Under the pieces are notes generated by a model, which made no database searches, was not told the origin of the DNA, and was given only the letters and a program-made list of their open reading frames with translations. From a virus (lineage: Duplodnaviria > Heunggongvirae > Uroviricota > Caudoviricetes), in IMG/VR virus record IMGVR_UViG_3300034357_000765: a stretch of DNA of 64,000 nucleotides. One strand, written 5' to 3'. Within the stretch, counting starts at the first letter, position 1. Each line of letters begins with the position of its first letter. This document shows, piece by piece, positions 1 through 11,242 of this stretch. A program made the position numbers and the translations under genes.

Positions 1-1997
1 AAGACTATCTAACTGGTGCTACATTCGGAAACATAAACAACATAATATTCAGAGGAAATACGGTAGTTGTTCATCCTACAAGTGGTGCTACTGCAACTGG
101 TGTTCTTGTAACAGAAGATAATCCAGTAGAGGCTGGATCGGTGATGGTTTGGATACCTGCACCTAACTATGTAAACTTTTTTGCACCCTCTATTGGTTCG
201 GGAGATGCAAATAGATATGTTATGAATCCTACAAGTAATCTAATAGCAGGAACAACACCTGGTGAATATAGTATAGGTACTTGGAACGTAGGAACAGATT
301 TTAGTGCATCAACTACACGTTCAGTTAAAGTTTATAATACAACACTTACTGCATTTACAACAGGTTCTTCTTATTTCTCTTTATCAAGTGACACTACATC
401 GATTACCTTTACACTTTATGCTGGAGACGGTGCAACGGTGTTGAGATCAATATCAGCAACTCCAGTAAACGGAGACTTTGCTTATACAAGTACAACTCCT
501 GGATTGACACTTACAATAACTGATTGGGCAGTAGATAATGATAGATGGAAAGCAAAAGTATCTGGAACTATAGATGTTGCTACTATATTCCCTTATGGTG
601 GAAGATTTAGTTGGAAGATAGAACATGATAACAATGGTGTCGGACCTGGTTACAACAATGTTGCAGCAACAGTTGTAGGTATCTACTCTTATTCATCTGC
701 AGCAGTTTTCTATGATATAGATTTAGGTTCGGATTCACAAGATTCTAGTTCTACTATTGGTAATGTCACATTTGATGAAAAAACTTCGGCGTTGGTATAT
801 TATTCAGGTGTTGCTTATTATGATACCGGCTCTACATTTGGATTTACCGTTTCTGGAATAGATTTACTAAATGATACAACAATTCCTGTTACTAAACAAA
901 TCGATATAGACGCTTATTATATGGCGATTTCAGGAACTCTTGAAGGATACGCCGATGGAACAAAAACTTCAGTAGGTACTATCATAACAGGGTGGACTGC
1001 AAGCTGGAATAAATCAGGACTTACTTTCTCAAGAACTGCCACCGTTAATGTGGCTGGTCAATACATTCCTGATTTTGCATCAGGTGTAAACACATTGAAT
1101 ACAAATAACTTTTCTTATGCAAAATCTAACATATACGATTTCGGATTAGCGGCAACATTTACAACATCCGTAAAAAAGATGCTTTTTGATACTGATACAA
1201 CAGATCCAGTAACTTATAACAGTAATCCATTGGATAGTGAGAGTGAAAGACTTTCTTTTTCTGGTCTATCTAGTGCTTCAAATAAAGGAGTTCATCCTTC
1301 TTCTACTACTCAGCTAGGAACAGCAACTTTTAGTTCCATAATATCATTGAATACTGCAACTGATGAGCTTCAGTACATCTTTGGAAGAGTTATTTATCCT
1401 CAGACAAACTTTACTGAATATTTTCCAGTTGCTAACACAACTGCCACGGTAGACTACTCTAGTTTAAGTGGAGTAACTAAGTCTTTTGATATCTATACTG
1501 CTCTTGGATTGAGTACTACAGACTCTGGTGCTGGTGGTGGTGACTATACAACAACTTCATTTGTAGATTTTAAATGGCACGTTACATCATATTCAAAAGA
1601 TTCTGTTGCAGGTACAACATTCAATAACGCACTCTTCACATTTAATGCAAACTTCAGAGAGCTTGATATGGAAAAAGCTTACAACACTGATGGAAGTTTT
1701 ACTCTAAATGGAACACCAGATTTAGTGGTACTATTAGGTTTAGATAGTACTGGTGACAATCTAAAACCAGACAAGTTTGCTTATATTTCTGGAGACGCTG
1801 ACACTTGGGGTGCTAGAATGGACGAACCTACATACAACTTCAACGGAACAAATGCTACTAAGCAGTTAAGATGGCAGATTGGACAATGGGGATCTACAAT
1901 AGCCACTAAAAAAGTATGGCTTTTTGTTGGATATAGAAACACTGCAAGAGGTAAACAAATTTGGATTACTGATATAAACCTATCATTTCCGGTTTAG
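1..1997 (+). CDS. virion structural or fibre-like protein, 5' partial. The frame is open from the window edge, and the ORF-track start at 141 is internal.
   Basis: Frame 0 is open from position 3 through 1997 with a TAG stop. The protein is Thr/Ser/Gly-rich and beta-rich with no catalytic motifs. It sits in a block of structural genes. Confidence 0.5.
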   Translation, partial: DYLTGATFGNINNIIFRGNTVVVHPTSGATATGVLVTEDNPVEAGSVMVWIPAPNYVNFFAPSIGSGDANRYVMNPTSNLIAGTTPGEYSIGTWNVGTDFSASTTRSVKVYNTTLTAFTTGSSYFSLSSDTTSITFTLYAGDGATVLRSISATPVNGDFAYTSTTPGLTLTITDWAVDNDRWKAKVSGTIDVATIFPYGGRFSWKIEHDNNGVGPGYNNVAATVVGIYSYSSAAVFYDIDLGSDSQDSSSTIGNVTFDEKTSALVYYSGVAYYDTGSTFGFTVSGIDLLNDTTIPVTKQIDIDAYYMAISGTLEGYADGTKTSVGTIITGWTASWNKSGLTFSRTATVNVAGQYIPDFASGVNTLNTNNFSYAKSNIYDFGLAATFTTSVKKMLFDTDTTDPVTYNSNPLDSESERLSFSGLSSASNKGVHPSSTTQLGTATFSSIISLNTATDELQYIFGRVIYPQTNFTEYFPVANTTATVDYSSLSGVTKSFDIYTALGLSTTDSGAGGGDYTTTSFVDFKWHVTSYSKDSVAGTTFNNALFTFNANFRELDMEKAYNTDGSFTLNGTPDLVVLLGLDSTGDNLKPDKFAYISGDADTWGARMDEPTYNFNGTNATKQLRWQIGQWGSTIATKKVWLFVGYRNTARGKQIWITDINLSFPV

Positions 1998-2033
1998 AAA
2001 AATAATATATAATAAAAAATAATAATATTTAAA

Positions 2034-2204
2034 ATGGTAGAAGTAAAACTAACTAAAACATTCATAGACAACAATACCGGAAAAGACATATATGTTCTTT
2101 CTATTAAAATGGGAGATTCCTATCACAATATTGCTTGTACAAAAGAACAGTTTGAAAGCTTGTTCTATGGTATTAGATCAATATTCAACAACTCATTGAA
2201 GTAA
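2034..2204 (+). CDS. small hypothetical protein (56 aa)
   Basis: ATG at 2034 to TAA at 2202-2204, below the ORF-track size cutoff. It is preceded by an AAATAATATATAAT motif variant and followed by the terminator hairpin at 2222-2256. Confidence 0.3.
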   Translation: MVEVKLTKTFIDNNTGKDIYVLSIKMGDSYHNIACTKEQFESLFYGIRSIFNNSLK

Positions 2205-2221
2205 AAAAATTAAAATCAAAA

Positions 2222-2256
2222 AATAAGGCCATTTTAAATGGCCTTATTTTTTTGCA
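2222..2256. terminator. intrinsic terminator hairpin (aataaggccatt / aatggccttatt) followed by a T-run
   Basis: Perfect inverted repeat with a GGCC core read directly in the sequence, followed by tttttt. Confidence 0.65.
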
Positions 2257-2289
2257 TATAACAATATTCTTTATTTTCTGAGTTGAAAA

Positions 2290-2300
2290 TTTAATATATA
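2290..2300 (+). promoter_or_regulatory. TTTAATATATA(C) conserved promoter-like element upstream of the 2155-aa collagen-like gene
   Basis: Exact 11-mer 34 nt upstream of the ATG at 2334. The same 11-mer recurs upstream of six other + strand genes in the window. Confidence 0.6.
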
Positions 2301-2333
2301 CCATAGTTAATTTAAAATAAAAATTTTAATAAT

Positions 2334-5300
2334 ATGCCTAATAAGATTTCAAATAGCCAATTAAAAGCCGGATTTTTCCACTCACTTGGAAAGTTCTTTT
2401 CAGAAGATGCCCAAATACCTGGTGCGGAGCTTTATAAAAGTGCACATAATGTTAGATCGACAGAGGTTTGGATGGATATCATACCTTTTGCAACAACAGG
2501 TGCTGCAGATGCTATAGTGGCTGCCAATCCAACAATACTAAGGAAGATTAACGCTGGGTATTTGTATCCTTTACAATTTTCAAATTATCAAACTTGGTTT
2601 TTAGATTTTGGAGATCCTACATGGGCAGGATCTGGATTTAATCCTTCTAATCAATGGGCAAAACCTCTTATAAATCCTACTGACGTTACTGATGCGACCG
2701 GTCTTCCATCTAATGGTTATGAGTTTAAAATGCTTGGTAGAAACGGACTAAATTCTATTAGTTACACAAGTACTTCTTATGATGTTGACTATTTTTCAGG
2801 ATTCGTAAGATTTGATATTGGAAAAACTCCTATAGATTTAGGAAATGGATTGGGTTTTACACTCAGTAAAACTGGTCTTGAGGGTGCCGGTGATAAGTTG
2901 GCATATATTAGAAATAATGCTACTTGTGGACCAAGAGCCACTGCATATCAATACATAGGACAAAGACTTTCTAACTATAATTTTAGTGGAGGTGCTACTG
3001 GTGCTACTGGTTCATCTGCATATGATGTTTGGATTTATAATGGTGGTGTAGGAACTGAAATAGACTTTTTGGAATCTCTTAAAGGTGCTACTGGTGCTAC
3101 AGGAAATGATGGTATTCAAGGTACACATGGTACTTCAGGAACTTCAGGTATTAATGGAACTTCAGGAATCAATGGAACTTCTGGAACATCTGGTGAGAAT
3201 GGTGATAAATATAGATATCAATTTTCAACTACTCTCAATTTATCATCTTTTCCTACTACTCTTACTATTGGACTCGGACTTGCTTATAGTCCTGCACAAT
3301 CTATTATAATAGGTTTTGATGGTACTAAATATGTCGAGGCTATTGTTACATCATACAATCCTGGAACAGGTGTTATAACCTATACGATAAGTACTACGGT
3401 GGGTGCTGGTTCACACACTGGTGATTGGACAGTGAATCTTGCAGGTGCATCTGGTGGTGATGGATCTTCAGGAACATCAGGAGTAAATGGTGTTGATGGA
3501 ACTTCAGGAACTTCAGGGGTAAATGGTGTTGATGGAACATCTGGAACTTCAGGTGTTGATGGAACATCAGGAACATCTGGAACTTCCGGTGTAAATGGAA
3601 CTTCTGGAACAACTGGAACTTCGGGTACTACGGGAACTTCAGGAACTTCAGGTATTAATGGTATAAACGGGGTTTCTGGTGTTGCAGGTAATAACGGTAC
3701 GTCAGGAACAACAGGAACTTCTGGAACAAGTGGCGTAAACGGAACATCAGGAACATCAGGATTTACTGGTGCTAATGGAACATCAGGAACTTCTGGAACA
3801 ACAGGAACTTCTGGAACTACGGGTACTTCAGGTACTACGGGTACTTCGGGTACTTCAGGTGTAAATGGAACTTCAGGAACTTCTGGAATCAATGGAACTT
3901 CAGGTACTACGGGTACTTCAGGAACTTCTGGAATCAATGGAACTTCAGGTACTTCTGGAATCAATGGAACTTCCGGAACTTCTGGAATAAACGGAACATC
4001 AGGAACATCAGGAATAAACGGAACTTCTGGAACTTCTGGAATAAACGGAACATCAGGAACATCAGGAATAAACGGAACATCAGGAACATCAGGAACTTCG
4101 GGAATAAATGGAACTTCAGGAACAACAGGAACATCTGGAACTTCAGGAACAACAGGAACATCTGGAACAACAGGAACATCGGGTACTTCTGGTGTAAATG
4201 GAACGTCAGGAACTTCTGGTACAAGTGGAATCAACGGAACATCTGGAACAACAGGAACTTCAGGAACAACAGGAACTTCAGGAACAACGGGAACTTCAGG
4301 AACAAGTGGATCTTCAGGAATTGATGGAGTACCTGGACCAAATACTTTATTCTATGAATTAGGTGGTTCTCCATTGGGAGAAGTAGGAACTTGGGACACT
4401 AATAATAATGCAGATCCAACACTTGTTAATACAATCTATATAAGTAAGACTTCTATGCTTGGTCATGATGGTGGTGTTGCTACTACAAACAATGCAACAA
4501 CTTGGCTTTCTTATATAGCAGTCAATGGATTCATACAGATTTGGAATAGTGACGACGCGTCATTGTTTTCTATCTTTAGAGTATCCGTAATAAGTGCACA
4601 GGCCACATACTATCAATTCACGGTGACATATGTCGTAGGAAATGGTGCATTCCCTACACATGATGTTGCAATATCATATGTAAACAATGGTACATCAGGA
4701 AGTACAGGAACTTCGGGTGTCAATGGAACATCAGGAACTACGGGAACATCAGGAACTTCTGGAATCAACGGAACATCAGGAACTACGGGAACATCAGGTA
4801 CAAGTGGAATCAACGGAACTTCTGGAACTTCTGGTAGAAACGGAACATCAGGAACATCAGGAATAAACGGAACATCAGGAACATCAGGAATAAACGGAAC
4901 ATCAGGAATAAACGGAACTTCTGGTGTCAATGGAACATCAGGTACTTCTGGTATTAATGGAACATCAGGGACAAGTGGTATTAATGGAACATCAGGGACA
5001 AGTGGTATTAATGGAACATCAGGAACTTCTGGAACATCAGGTATTAACGGAACATCAGGAACAAGTGGTGTCAATGGAACATCAGGTATCAATGGAACTT
5101 CGGGTACTTCTGGAATCAACGGTACATCAGGAACATCAGGTATCAATGGAACATCAGGTACATCAGGTAGAAACGGAACATCAGGAACGTCTGGTATCAA
5201 CGGAACATCAGGAACGTCTGGTATCAACGGAACATCAGGAACTTCTGGTGTAAATGGAACTAGTGGTATCAATGGAACATCAGGAACTTCTGGAATCAAT

Positions 5301-8300
5301 GGTACATCAGGAACATCAGGTATCAATGGAACGTCAGGAACATCGGGTATAAGTGGTGCTAATGGAACATCAGGAACATCAGGTGTGAATGGAACATCAG
5401 GTGTGAATGGAACATCAGGTGTGAATGGAACATCAGGTGTGAATGGTGATAAGTATCTTACAAGCACTAACGCTTCGGTTACTTTATCTAACCCAGGAAC
5501 ATCTTTATCATTCACGATTGCTACAGGATTTGCATATACTATAAACCAGTCTATAATAATCAGTATTTCGGCTGGTGTCTATATGGAGGCCATAGTTACC
5601 GGATATAATTCTGGAACTGGAGCAATGACAGCAACCGTTATAAATAAATATGGTGCATCTGGATCTGGAGTCGCTATAGTCAACCTTGATGGTGCGTCTG
5701 GTGGTGATGGTACATCAGGAACATCGGGTGTCAATGGAACATCAGGAACTTCTGGCATCAACGGAACATCAGGAACTTCTGGCATCAACGGAACATCAGG
5801 AACTTCTGGCATCAACGGAACATCAGGAACTTCTGGTATTAATGGAACATCAGGAACTTCTGGTATTAATGGAACATCAGGAACATCGGGTGTCAATGGA
5901 ACATCAGGAACTTCTGGCAGAAACGGAACATCAGGAACTTCTGGTATCAACGGAACATCAGGAACGTCTGGTATCAACGGAACATCAGGAACATCGGGTG
6001 TCAATGGAACATCAGGAACTTCTGGTATTAATGGCACATCAGGAACTTCGGGTGTCAATGGAACATCAGGTACTTCAGGTAGAAACGGAACATCAGGAAC
6101 ATCGGGTGTCAATGGAACATCAGGAACATCAGGTGTTAACGGAACAAGCGGTACTTCAGGAACAGGATTTAATACTATATCAACCCCTGCGACAAGCAGA
6201 GTATTGATTGCAAATGGTACTTCAACAAATAGTGCAATAGCACAAACTAATCTTACTTTTGATGGATCACAATTAGTTGTTACAGGAACGGTAAAAATAA
6301 CAGGTGGAACTCCAGGCACAAACAAAGTACTTACTTCATCAGATGGTGTAGGTTCTGCGGTATGGTCAGACGCTTCGACCGTAGTAACCAACGGATCTGG
6401 AGTTACTATTGCTTCACTCAACGCTTCGAATTTGGGAACAGGTGCTCAGTTCTTTAAAGACAAAATTGGTTCAGTATTAAACTTTAGAACTATAAAAGGT
6501 GGTGAAGGATTTAAAGTTACTCAGGGCGTAGATGAAATACTCATTAGTAAAGACTTACTTATTGGACCTGATACGTATATCTATATCAAATTAGATACTA
6601 CTTCATTAGGCGCTGCGACTAGATCTCAGTTCTATAACATGAAGAACACCATCATGAAATCCACACTTCAAGATTTATATGCCACAGGAAAGAGAGTGTC
6701 TGAAGGAAACTTAGATCCTGCAACAAATGGTTCTAATAGATACGATACACACGTATTTGTTCAGGATGACGGAAGTGAACAACCATTCCTTGCTATAGTT
6801 TCCGCACTTGGAGACGCTCCAAATACTAACTTCCCTGCAGATGCGACTAATATTATATCAATGTTCTTCATAGATGAGTGTAGTAGTTCATATACACCAA
6901 GTGATAGTTCACCAATCGCAAGTTCTTATATGACTGCAACTTTTCAAAGTAACATAACTACTATGAAATCACGCATAACTTCAATTAGAAGTACGGGTGT
7001 AACATTTAAAGGATTTGTTTTTAACGTGAGAACTGGAAATCATGGTGCATTTGAATCACTTATTGGTCACCTTAACACTAACGCAGGATTGTATGCGGGT
7101 ACTTATGGACTTAATGATGATTCTGAAAGATGGGGTGTAAAATGTATACCTAAAGTAGTAAATGCTTGGGGAACATTGATTCCAAATACTATAACCACTG
7201 CAACTTGGCCTGCGATCGATGCTGCTGCATTAGATGCGACCAGAAGATTTAGAACATATGAACAATATCTTTTAGAAGTAGTAATAGATTCTGTTAATGA
7301 TGCAGGTGCTCAAAGAGAAATCAAAGCAGAAGTTTCATCAGGTGCGGTATTGGAAGACCAACCAACAATCGATTTAGAACATAGTATCGCTATATGGACC
7401 TCTAGAAAGAACATTTCTAATCCAAACTATAGCTCGGCTAAAATATATGGTCAGTTTTATTCGGTATTAACCGGAACACAGAGTGTTGATATAAATAATA
7501 GTGGTTATTCTATTCCTGCATTTTCTTCAAATACGATATATGTAAACTGGGAAATTGGTAATAATCAAAGAGTATCACTTGCTTCAGCTACCGGCAATGT
7601 TATAATGAACTTTATCAATCCTAAGGCAGGTGCTCACTACATTCTTAAAGTTAATCAAGGAACAACACCAAGAACAATAACTTTTGGAACTAACTATACC
7701 GGTGCGTTGAATCATGATGCAAATATAACTTCTATTGGTGCTGTGGTATTAGATCCAACAAACTATCAAATTGATCAACTACCAAGTTCTGTAACTGTTA
7801 TTAGAATGTGGTTTGATGGTTCTACTTATCATACGGAGTCTTTTGGAGATAGTAACTCTAGTAATGCTAGTGTTAATACTACGGATTTAGATCCTGCCAT
7901 AACTCTTACGCTAAATACACCACCAACGGTTCCAGCACCTATTGTTGGTGATAGGTATCTAATACCAACAACACCTGCCGCAACCGGTGCATGGACTGCA
8001 AAAGAAAACCAAGTTGCCGAATGGGACGGAACTACATGGGTTTACACCGTTCCGGTTGCAGATAATGTTATTTTCATAACAGATACTCTTACTACTTTAA
8101 GATATAACGGAACTGCCTGGGTTACTTATAAAGGTGTTGCTATATTACAAAACGGTAACAAGCTTACAAACCACATAAACATTGGAAGTAATGATAACTA
8201 CAACCTAAACTTCAAGACTAACGCCATCCAAAGAATGACAATCTTGAAAGATGGCAATGTCGGTATTGGTTTAACAGGACCTAATGCTAAGCTTCAGGTC

Positions 8301-8801
8301 AGAGCTACTCCTGCAACTACTGGAACTACGGTATTTAAAGTAGACGGAAACGTTGGTGAGCTTTTCACTGTGACTGATAACTTAACAGGATCACTTATGT
8401 CTGTGAATGATATATCTGGTCTTCCTATCTTAGAAGTATTTGACAACAATACTATCTTGATGGGAGATTATCAAGCACCATCTCTATACTCTACTACAAA
8501 ATCTGTAGTCGGAGTAGTTACAAACAACGTAGTGTATCAATTTGTGGCTTCTCTTTACACTTCTGTATTCTTTGAATACAACGTTCAAAACTCGACAAAT
8601 CTAAGAGCAGGAACTATTATGGCAGTTTGGAACAATACTACTATAGAGTTTACAGAGACTTCTACTATGGATATTGGAAACACATCAGGTATAAACTTCA
8701 ATGTGGTTCTTACGACAATATTAGGCGTGGTTTATGTACAGCTTAGAGCAACAACAATAAGTAGTGGATGGACGATAAAATCTATAATAAGAACAATATA
8801 A
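2334..8801 (+). CDS. giant collagen-like fibre protein (2155 aa) with three proline-free G-T-S/G-I-N/G-V-N triplet arrays and a C-terminal globular region
   Basis: Long runs of [13 protein letters not shown]... (Gly every third residue) at about aa 250-668, 785-1043 and 1122-1282. These are separated by beta-rich segments. The gene is preceded by the promoter-like motif and followed by a terminator. Confidence 0.85.
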   Translation: MPNKISNSQLKAGFFHSLGKFFSEDAQIPGAELYKSAHNVRSTEVWMDIIPFATTGAADAIVAANPTILRKINAGYLYPLQFSNYQTWFLDFGDPTWAGSGFNPSNQWAKPLINPTDVTDATGLPSNGYEFKMLGRNGLNSISYTSTSYDVDYFSGFVRFDIGKTPIDLGNGLGFTLSKTGLEGAGDKLAYIRNNATCGPRATAYQYIGQRLSNYNFSGGATGATGSSAYDVWIYNGGVGTEIDFLESLKGATGATGNDGIQGTHGTSGTSGINGTSGINGTSGTSGENGDKYRYQFSTTLNLSSFPTTLTIGLGLAYSPAQSIIIGFDGTKYVEAIVTSYNPGTGVITYTISTTVGAGSHTGDWTVNLAGASGGDGSSGTSGVNGVDGTSGTSGVNGVDGTSGTSGVDGTSGTSGTSGVNGTSGTTGTSGTTGTSGTSGINGINGVSGVAGNNGTSGTTGTSGTSGVNGTSGTSGFTGANGTSGTSGTTGTSGTTGTSGTTGTSGTSGVNGTSGTSGINGTSGTTGTSGTSGINGTSGTSGINGTSGTSGINGTSGTSGINGTSGTSGINGTSGTSGINGTSGTSGTSGINGTSGTTGTSGTSGTTGTSGTTGTSGTSGVNGTSGTSGTSGINGTSGTTGTSGTTGTSGTTGTSGTSGSSGIDGVPGPNTLFYELGGSPLGEVGTWDTNNNADPTLVNTIYISKTSMLGHDGGVATTNNATTWLSYIAVNGFIQIWNSDDASLFSIFRVSVISAQATYYQFTVTYVVGNGAFPTHDVAISYVNNGTSGSTGTSGVNGTSGTTGTSGTSGINGTSGTTGTSGTSGINGTSGTSGRNGTSGTSGINGTSGTSGINGTSGINGTSGVNGTSGTSGINGTSGTSGINGTSGTSGINGTSGTSGTSGINGTSGTSGVNGTSGINGTSGTSGINGTSGTSGINGTSGTSGRNGTSGTSGINGTSGTSGINGTSGTSGVNGTSGINGTSGTSGINGTSGTSGINGTSGTSGISGANGTSGTSGVNGTSGVNGTSGVNGTSGVNGDKYLTSTNASVTLSNPGTSLSFTIATGFAYTINQSIIISISAGVYMEAIVTGYNSGTGAMTATVINKYGASGSGVAIVNLDGASGGDGTSGTSGVNGTSGTSGINGTSGTSGINGTSGTSGINGTSGTSGINGTSGTSGINGTSGTSGVNGTSGTSGRNGTSGTSGINGTSGTSGINGTSGTSGVNGTSGTSGINGTSGTSGVNGTSGTSGRNGTSGTSGVNGTSGTSGVNGTSGTSGTGFNTISTPATSRVLIANGTSTNSAIAQTNLTFDGSQLVVTGTVKITGGTPGTNKVLTSSDGVGSAVWSDASTVVTNGSGVTIASLNASNLGTGAQFFKDKIGSVLNFRTIKGGEGFKVTQGVDEILISKDLLIGPDTYIYIKLDTTSLGAATRSQFYNMKNTIMKSTLQDLYATGKRVSEGNLDPATNGSNRYDTHVFVQDDGSEQPFLAIVSALGDAPNTNFPADATNIISMFFIDECSSSYTPSDSSPIASSYMTATFQSNITTMKSRITSIRSTGVTFKGFVFNVRTGNHGAFESLIGHLNTNAGLYAGTYGLNDDSERWGVKCIPKVVNAWGTLIPNTITTATWPAIDAAALDATRRFRTYEQYLLEVVIDSVNDAGAQREIKAEVSSGAVLEDQPTIDLEHSIAIWTSRKNISNPNYSSAKIYGQFYSVLTGTQSVDINNSGYSIPAFSSNTIYVNWEIGNNQRVSLASATGNVIMNFINPKAGAHYILKVNQGTTPRTITFGTNYTGALNHDANITSIGAVVLDPTNYQIDQLPSSVTVIRMWFDGSTYHTESFGDSNSSNASVNTTDLDPAITLTLNTPPTVPAPIVGDRYLIPTTPAATGAWTAKENQVAEWDGTTWVYTVPVADNVIFITDTLTTLRYNGTAWVTYKGVAILQNGNKLTNHINIGSNDNYNLNFKTNAIQRMTILKDGNVGIGLTGPNAKLQVRATPATTGTTVFKVDGNVGELFTVTDNLTGSLMSVNDISGLPILEVFDNNTILMGDYQAPSLYSTTKSVVGVVTNNVVYQFVASLYTSVFFEYNVQNSTNLRAGTIMAVWNNTTIEFTETSTMDIGNTSGINFNVVLTTILGVVYVQLRATTISSGWTIKSIIRTI
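3085..4340. repeat. collagen-triplet coding tandem array 1 (9-nt/27-nt periodicity)
   Basis: Repeated ggaacttcaggaacttctggaatcaatgga-type units. The antisense strand yields artefactual PEVPDVP ORFs. Confidence 0.9.
4690..5465. repeat. collagen-triplet coding tandem array 2
   Basis: Same periodic GGA ACA TCA GGA... units. Confidence 0.9.
5700..6180. repeat. collagen-triplet coding tandem array 3
   Basis: Same periodic units. Confidence 0.9.
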
Positions 8802-8808
8802 AAAAGTA

Positions 8809-8836
8809 AAAAAATCCAAGTTATCTTGGATTTTTT
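8809..8836. terminator. intrinsic terminator (atccaag ttat cttggat) with flanking A and T runs
   Basis: Inverted repeat immediately after the stop of the 2155-aa gene, followed by tttttt. Confidence 0.65.
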
Positions 8837-8855
8837 CTTTTTATGTATAAAAATA

Positions 8856-8866
8856 TTTAATATATA
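8856..8866 (+). promoter_or_regulatory. TTTAATATATAC promoter-like element
   Basis: Exact motif 45 nt upstream of the ATG at 8911. Confidence 0.6.
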
Positions 8867-8910
8867 CAACATAACTTGTTTTGGAAAGTGAAAAAATAAA
8901 GTTTTTTTAA

Positions 8911-10791
8911 ATGGCAAATGAATTTTACGTCAGAAAAGGTCTGGCAATCGCAACTTCATCAGTTGCAACCGCATCTGGTATAACACAATCTAGTAAATAC
9001 TTAGTAGTCGGAGATGATAACATCGTAAGATGGGCAAGTGCTAGTTCTGCAGGTTCTGCAGGTGTTTTGGCGGCGAGTCCTGCGTTTTCTTTTCAGATAA
9101 ACGATGGAAAGCCAACTCCCGGTCTTACATCTTTTGGTGTTGCACAATTTAGTTCTAACTCGCTACATTTCAATAATCAAAGTGGATTACTTTCGGGAAC
9201 TATTTCTGTAAACAACACATTGGTTGGATTTAATGCAGGTCGTTCTATGACAACTGGTAGATCGAACACTTTTATGGGTGCGTCTGCAGGTGGTGTGAAT
9301 ACAACAGGAAATAGTAATACTTTTATTGGATTTGGTTCAGGTAGAAGAAACACGATTGGTAATGATAATGTATTCTTAGGAGATTCTTCAGGTAACAACA
9401 ATCAGTGTGGTTCTCGAAATACCTATATTGGATCTGGTGCAGGATTCTCGACAAATCTAAATACTTTTTCAGGTAGAAACGTTTTTGTTGGATATGCAGC
9501 AGGTGCTTTTACAACAGCATCATGTGAAAGTACTCTTGTAGGATATTCTGCAGGTGGTTTTGCCAATAACCTAGAACACATGACTGCAGTAGGTGCATAT
9601 GCAGGTGCTTCTTCACTTACTGGTTCAAATACATTTGTTGGAGCCTTTGCAGGTAACTCAAATTTAACAGGAACAGATAACGTTTATTTTGGACATGATA
9701 CCGGTGTAAATAACTATAACGGATCTTCTAACACCTATGTTGGTGCGGGTTCCGGATTCGGACCTACGGCAGGATATACTGCAAGTTTCAATACATTTAT
9801 TGGATACAACGCAGGTCTAAACAATATGGTAGATTCAAATACATTCATTGGTGCTTATTCAGGACTTTTAAATACTACAGGACTTGATAATACATTTATT
9901 GGTACTAATACAGGTGCATCAAACTCTACTGGTGAAAGAAACATATATATAGGCTCGAATGCGGGTAGACTTGGTATAACAGCATCTTGTAACATAATCA
10001 TAGGAAATAACGCAGGAGCCAGCAATATCGCGAACGGAAACGTTTTTATGGGTGTCGGTGCAGGTCAGGCGAATACTACTGGTACAAACAACTTCTTTCT
10101 TGGTGCTGGTGCTGGTAATAATAATCTAGGAGGTAATGGAAATTTCTTTCTTGGTTGGCAGGCAGGACTTAATACTAGTACCACCGTAACCCCTACAGGA
10201 GTTCCTCCGGTCAACGTCACTAGAATTTCAGAGCTTAATACTTTTATAGGACACGAAGCCGGTAAAGGTAATTATTGTGGATGTTTCAATACTTTTATAG
10301 GATATCAATCCGGTTTTACAGACAACAACCCATTAGCAAATGTATATATTGGACTTTATTCTGGTCAATACGCTGGTAGTGGTGGTGGAACGGGTCCAGG
10401 TGTACGTGAAAATATTTATATTGGATATGATAGTGGTAAAGGACAAGGAGCTGCTGCCAATCTTAGAAATACCGGTCAAAGAAACGTTTTTATTGGAAAA
10501 GAAACAGGTTCGCTTAAATTAAGTGGTAATAACAACATATTTATAGGTACTCTAACCGGTAGAGGAAATACGACTGGACAGAATAATACTTTCTTAGGTG
10601 CTTGTGTTGCGGTTACATCTAATTTTAGCGACACCATTGCAATAGGTGCTTGTGCGACACCTACCGCAAATAACCAGCTGGTTATTGCATCAACTACGGT
10701 TACTATAGCTACTGCAAGTAGTGGAGTTTTTTCTCACTTCCTTAATGCCAAAATAAATGGTGTAGATGTTAAAATACCAATATATTACTAA
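8911..10791 (+). CDS. tail-fibre-like protein with about 14-residue NTF(I/L)G-x-x-AG repeats (beta-helix or haemagglutinin-like)
   Basis: Dozens of degenerate repeats of the form N-T-F-I-G-x-x-A-G-x-x-N-T-T-G. This is typical of fibre or adhesin beta-solenoids. Confidence 0.65.
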   Translation: MANEFYVRKGLAIATSSVATASGITQSSKYLVVGDDNIVRWASASSAGSAGVLAASPAFSFQINDGKPTPGLTSFGVAQFSSNSLHFNNQSGLLSGTISVNNTLVGFNAGRSMTTGRSNTFMGASAGGVNTTGNSNTFIGFGSGRRNTIGNDNVFLGDSSGNNNQCGSRNTYIGSGAGFSTNLNTFSGRNVFVGYAAGAFTTASCESTLVGYSAGGFANNLEHMTAVGAYAGASSLTGSNTFVGAFAGNSNLTGTDNVYFGHDTGVNNYNGSSNTYVGAGSGFGPTAGYTASFNTFIGYNAGLNNMVDSNTFIGAYSGLLNTTGLDNTFIGTNTGASNSTGERNIYIGSNAGRLGITASCNIIIGNNAGASNIANGNVFMGVGAGQANTTGTNNFFLGAGAGNNNLGGNGNFFLGWQAGLNTSTTVTPTGVPPVNVTRISELNTFIGHEAGKGNYCGCFNTFIGYQSGFTDNNPLANVYIGLYSGQYAGSGGGTGPGVRENIYIGYDSGKGQGAAANLRNTGQRNVFIGKETGSLKLSGNNNIFIGTLTGRGNTTGQNNTFLGACVAVTSNFSDTIAIGACATPTANNQLVIASTTVTIATASSGVFSHFLNAKINGVDVKIPIYY

Positions 10792-10808
10792 AAAATAAAA
10801 TTTTAAAT

Positions 10809-11195
10809 ATGATAAAAATAGAAAACAAAGAACTAATAAATGTTCATACTATAACATCTATAGAAATATTAGATGGTAATATTTCTATGAAAGATAGATA
10901 TGCAAGTTTCCCAGTAAGATTGTATGATCAAAATGGCAATTTTTTCTCAATGACAAACGTGGAAATACAAGGTAATGAGTATGATGCTTGGAATTCTGAT
11001 GATTATATTGAAGACTTGATTCTTTCTAGGTTAGAAATGGTTAAAGTAATAGAACCAGAACCGGTTGTTGAAGTAGTTCCTGAGGCAACTCCAGAGGCAA
11101 CTCCAGAGGCAACTCCAGAAGCAACTCCAGAGGTAACTCCAGAAGCAACTCCAGAAGCAACATCAGGTACTGCTTCGGATGCTAGTGGTTTATAA
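10809..11195 (+). CDS. small protein with a C-terminal (P-E-A-T)7 tandem repeat
   Basis: A 12-nt tandem repeat ccagaggcaact x7 encodes PEATPEATPEAT..., a possible O-glycosylation or linker segment. Confidence 0.6.
   Translation: MIKIENKELINVHTITSIEILDGNISMKDRYASFPVRLYDQNGNFFSMTNVEIQGNEYDAWNSDDYIEDLILSRLEMVKVIEPEPVVEVVPEATPEATPEATPEATPEVTPEATPEATSGTASDASGL
11079..11162. repeat. 12-nt tandem repeat x7 encoding (PEAT)n
   Basis: Read directly in the sequence. Confidence 0.9.
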
Positions 11196-11209
11196 AAAAA
11201 ATAAACATT

Positions 11210-11242
11210 TTATCCATATCATATATAACATGATATGGATAA
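11210..11242. promoter_or_regulatory. perfect 13-bp inverted repeat (ttatccatatcat / atgatatggataa) with a 7-nt loop that contains the start codon of the next gene
   Basis: Read directly. The ATG at 11235 lies in the right arm. The loop and arm contain a TCATATATAAC motif variant. Confidence 0.6.

Noticed and set aside
3380-6421. Long antisense and alternative-frame ORFs with PEVPDVP, MEHQELL or FQKFLMF repeats (3380..4234, 4613..5515, 5579..6421, 5686..6207, 4924..5253, and likewise 62014..62988)
   Set aside because: They are mirror-frame artefacts of the perfectly periodic collagen-triplet coding repeats. Every one lies wholly inside a collagen-like array of the sense gene.
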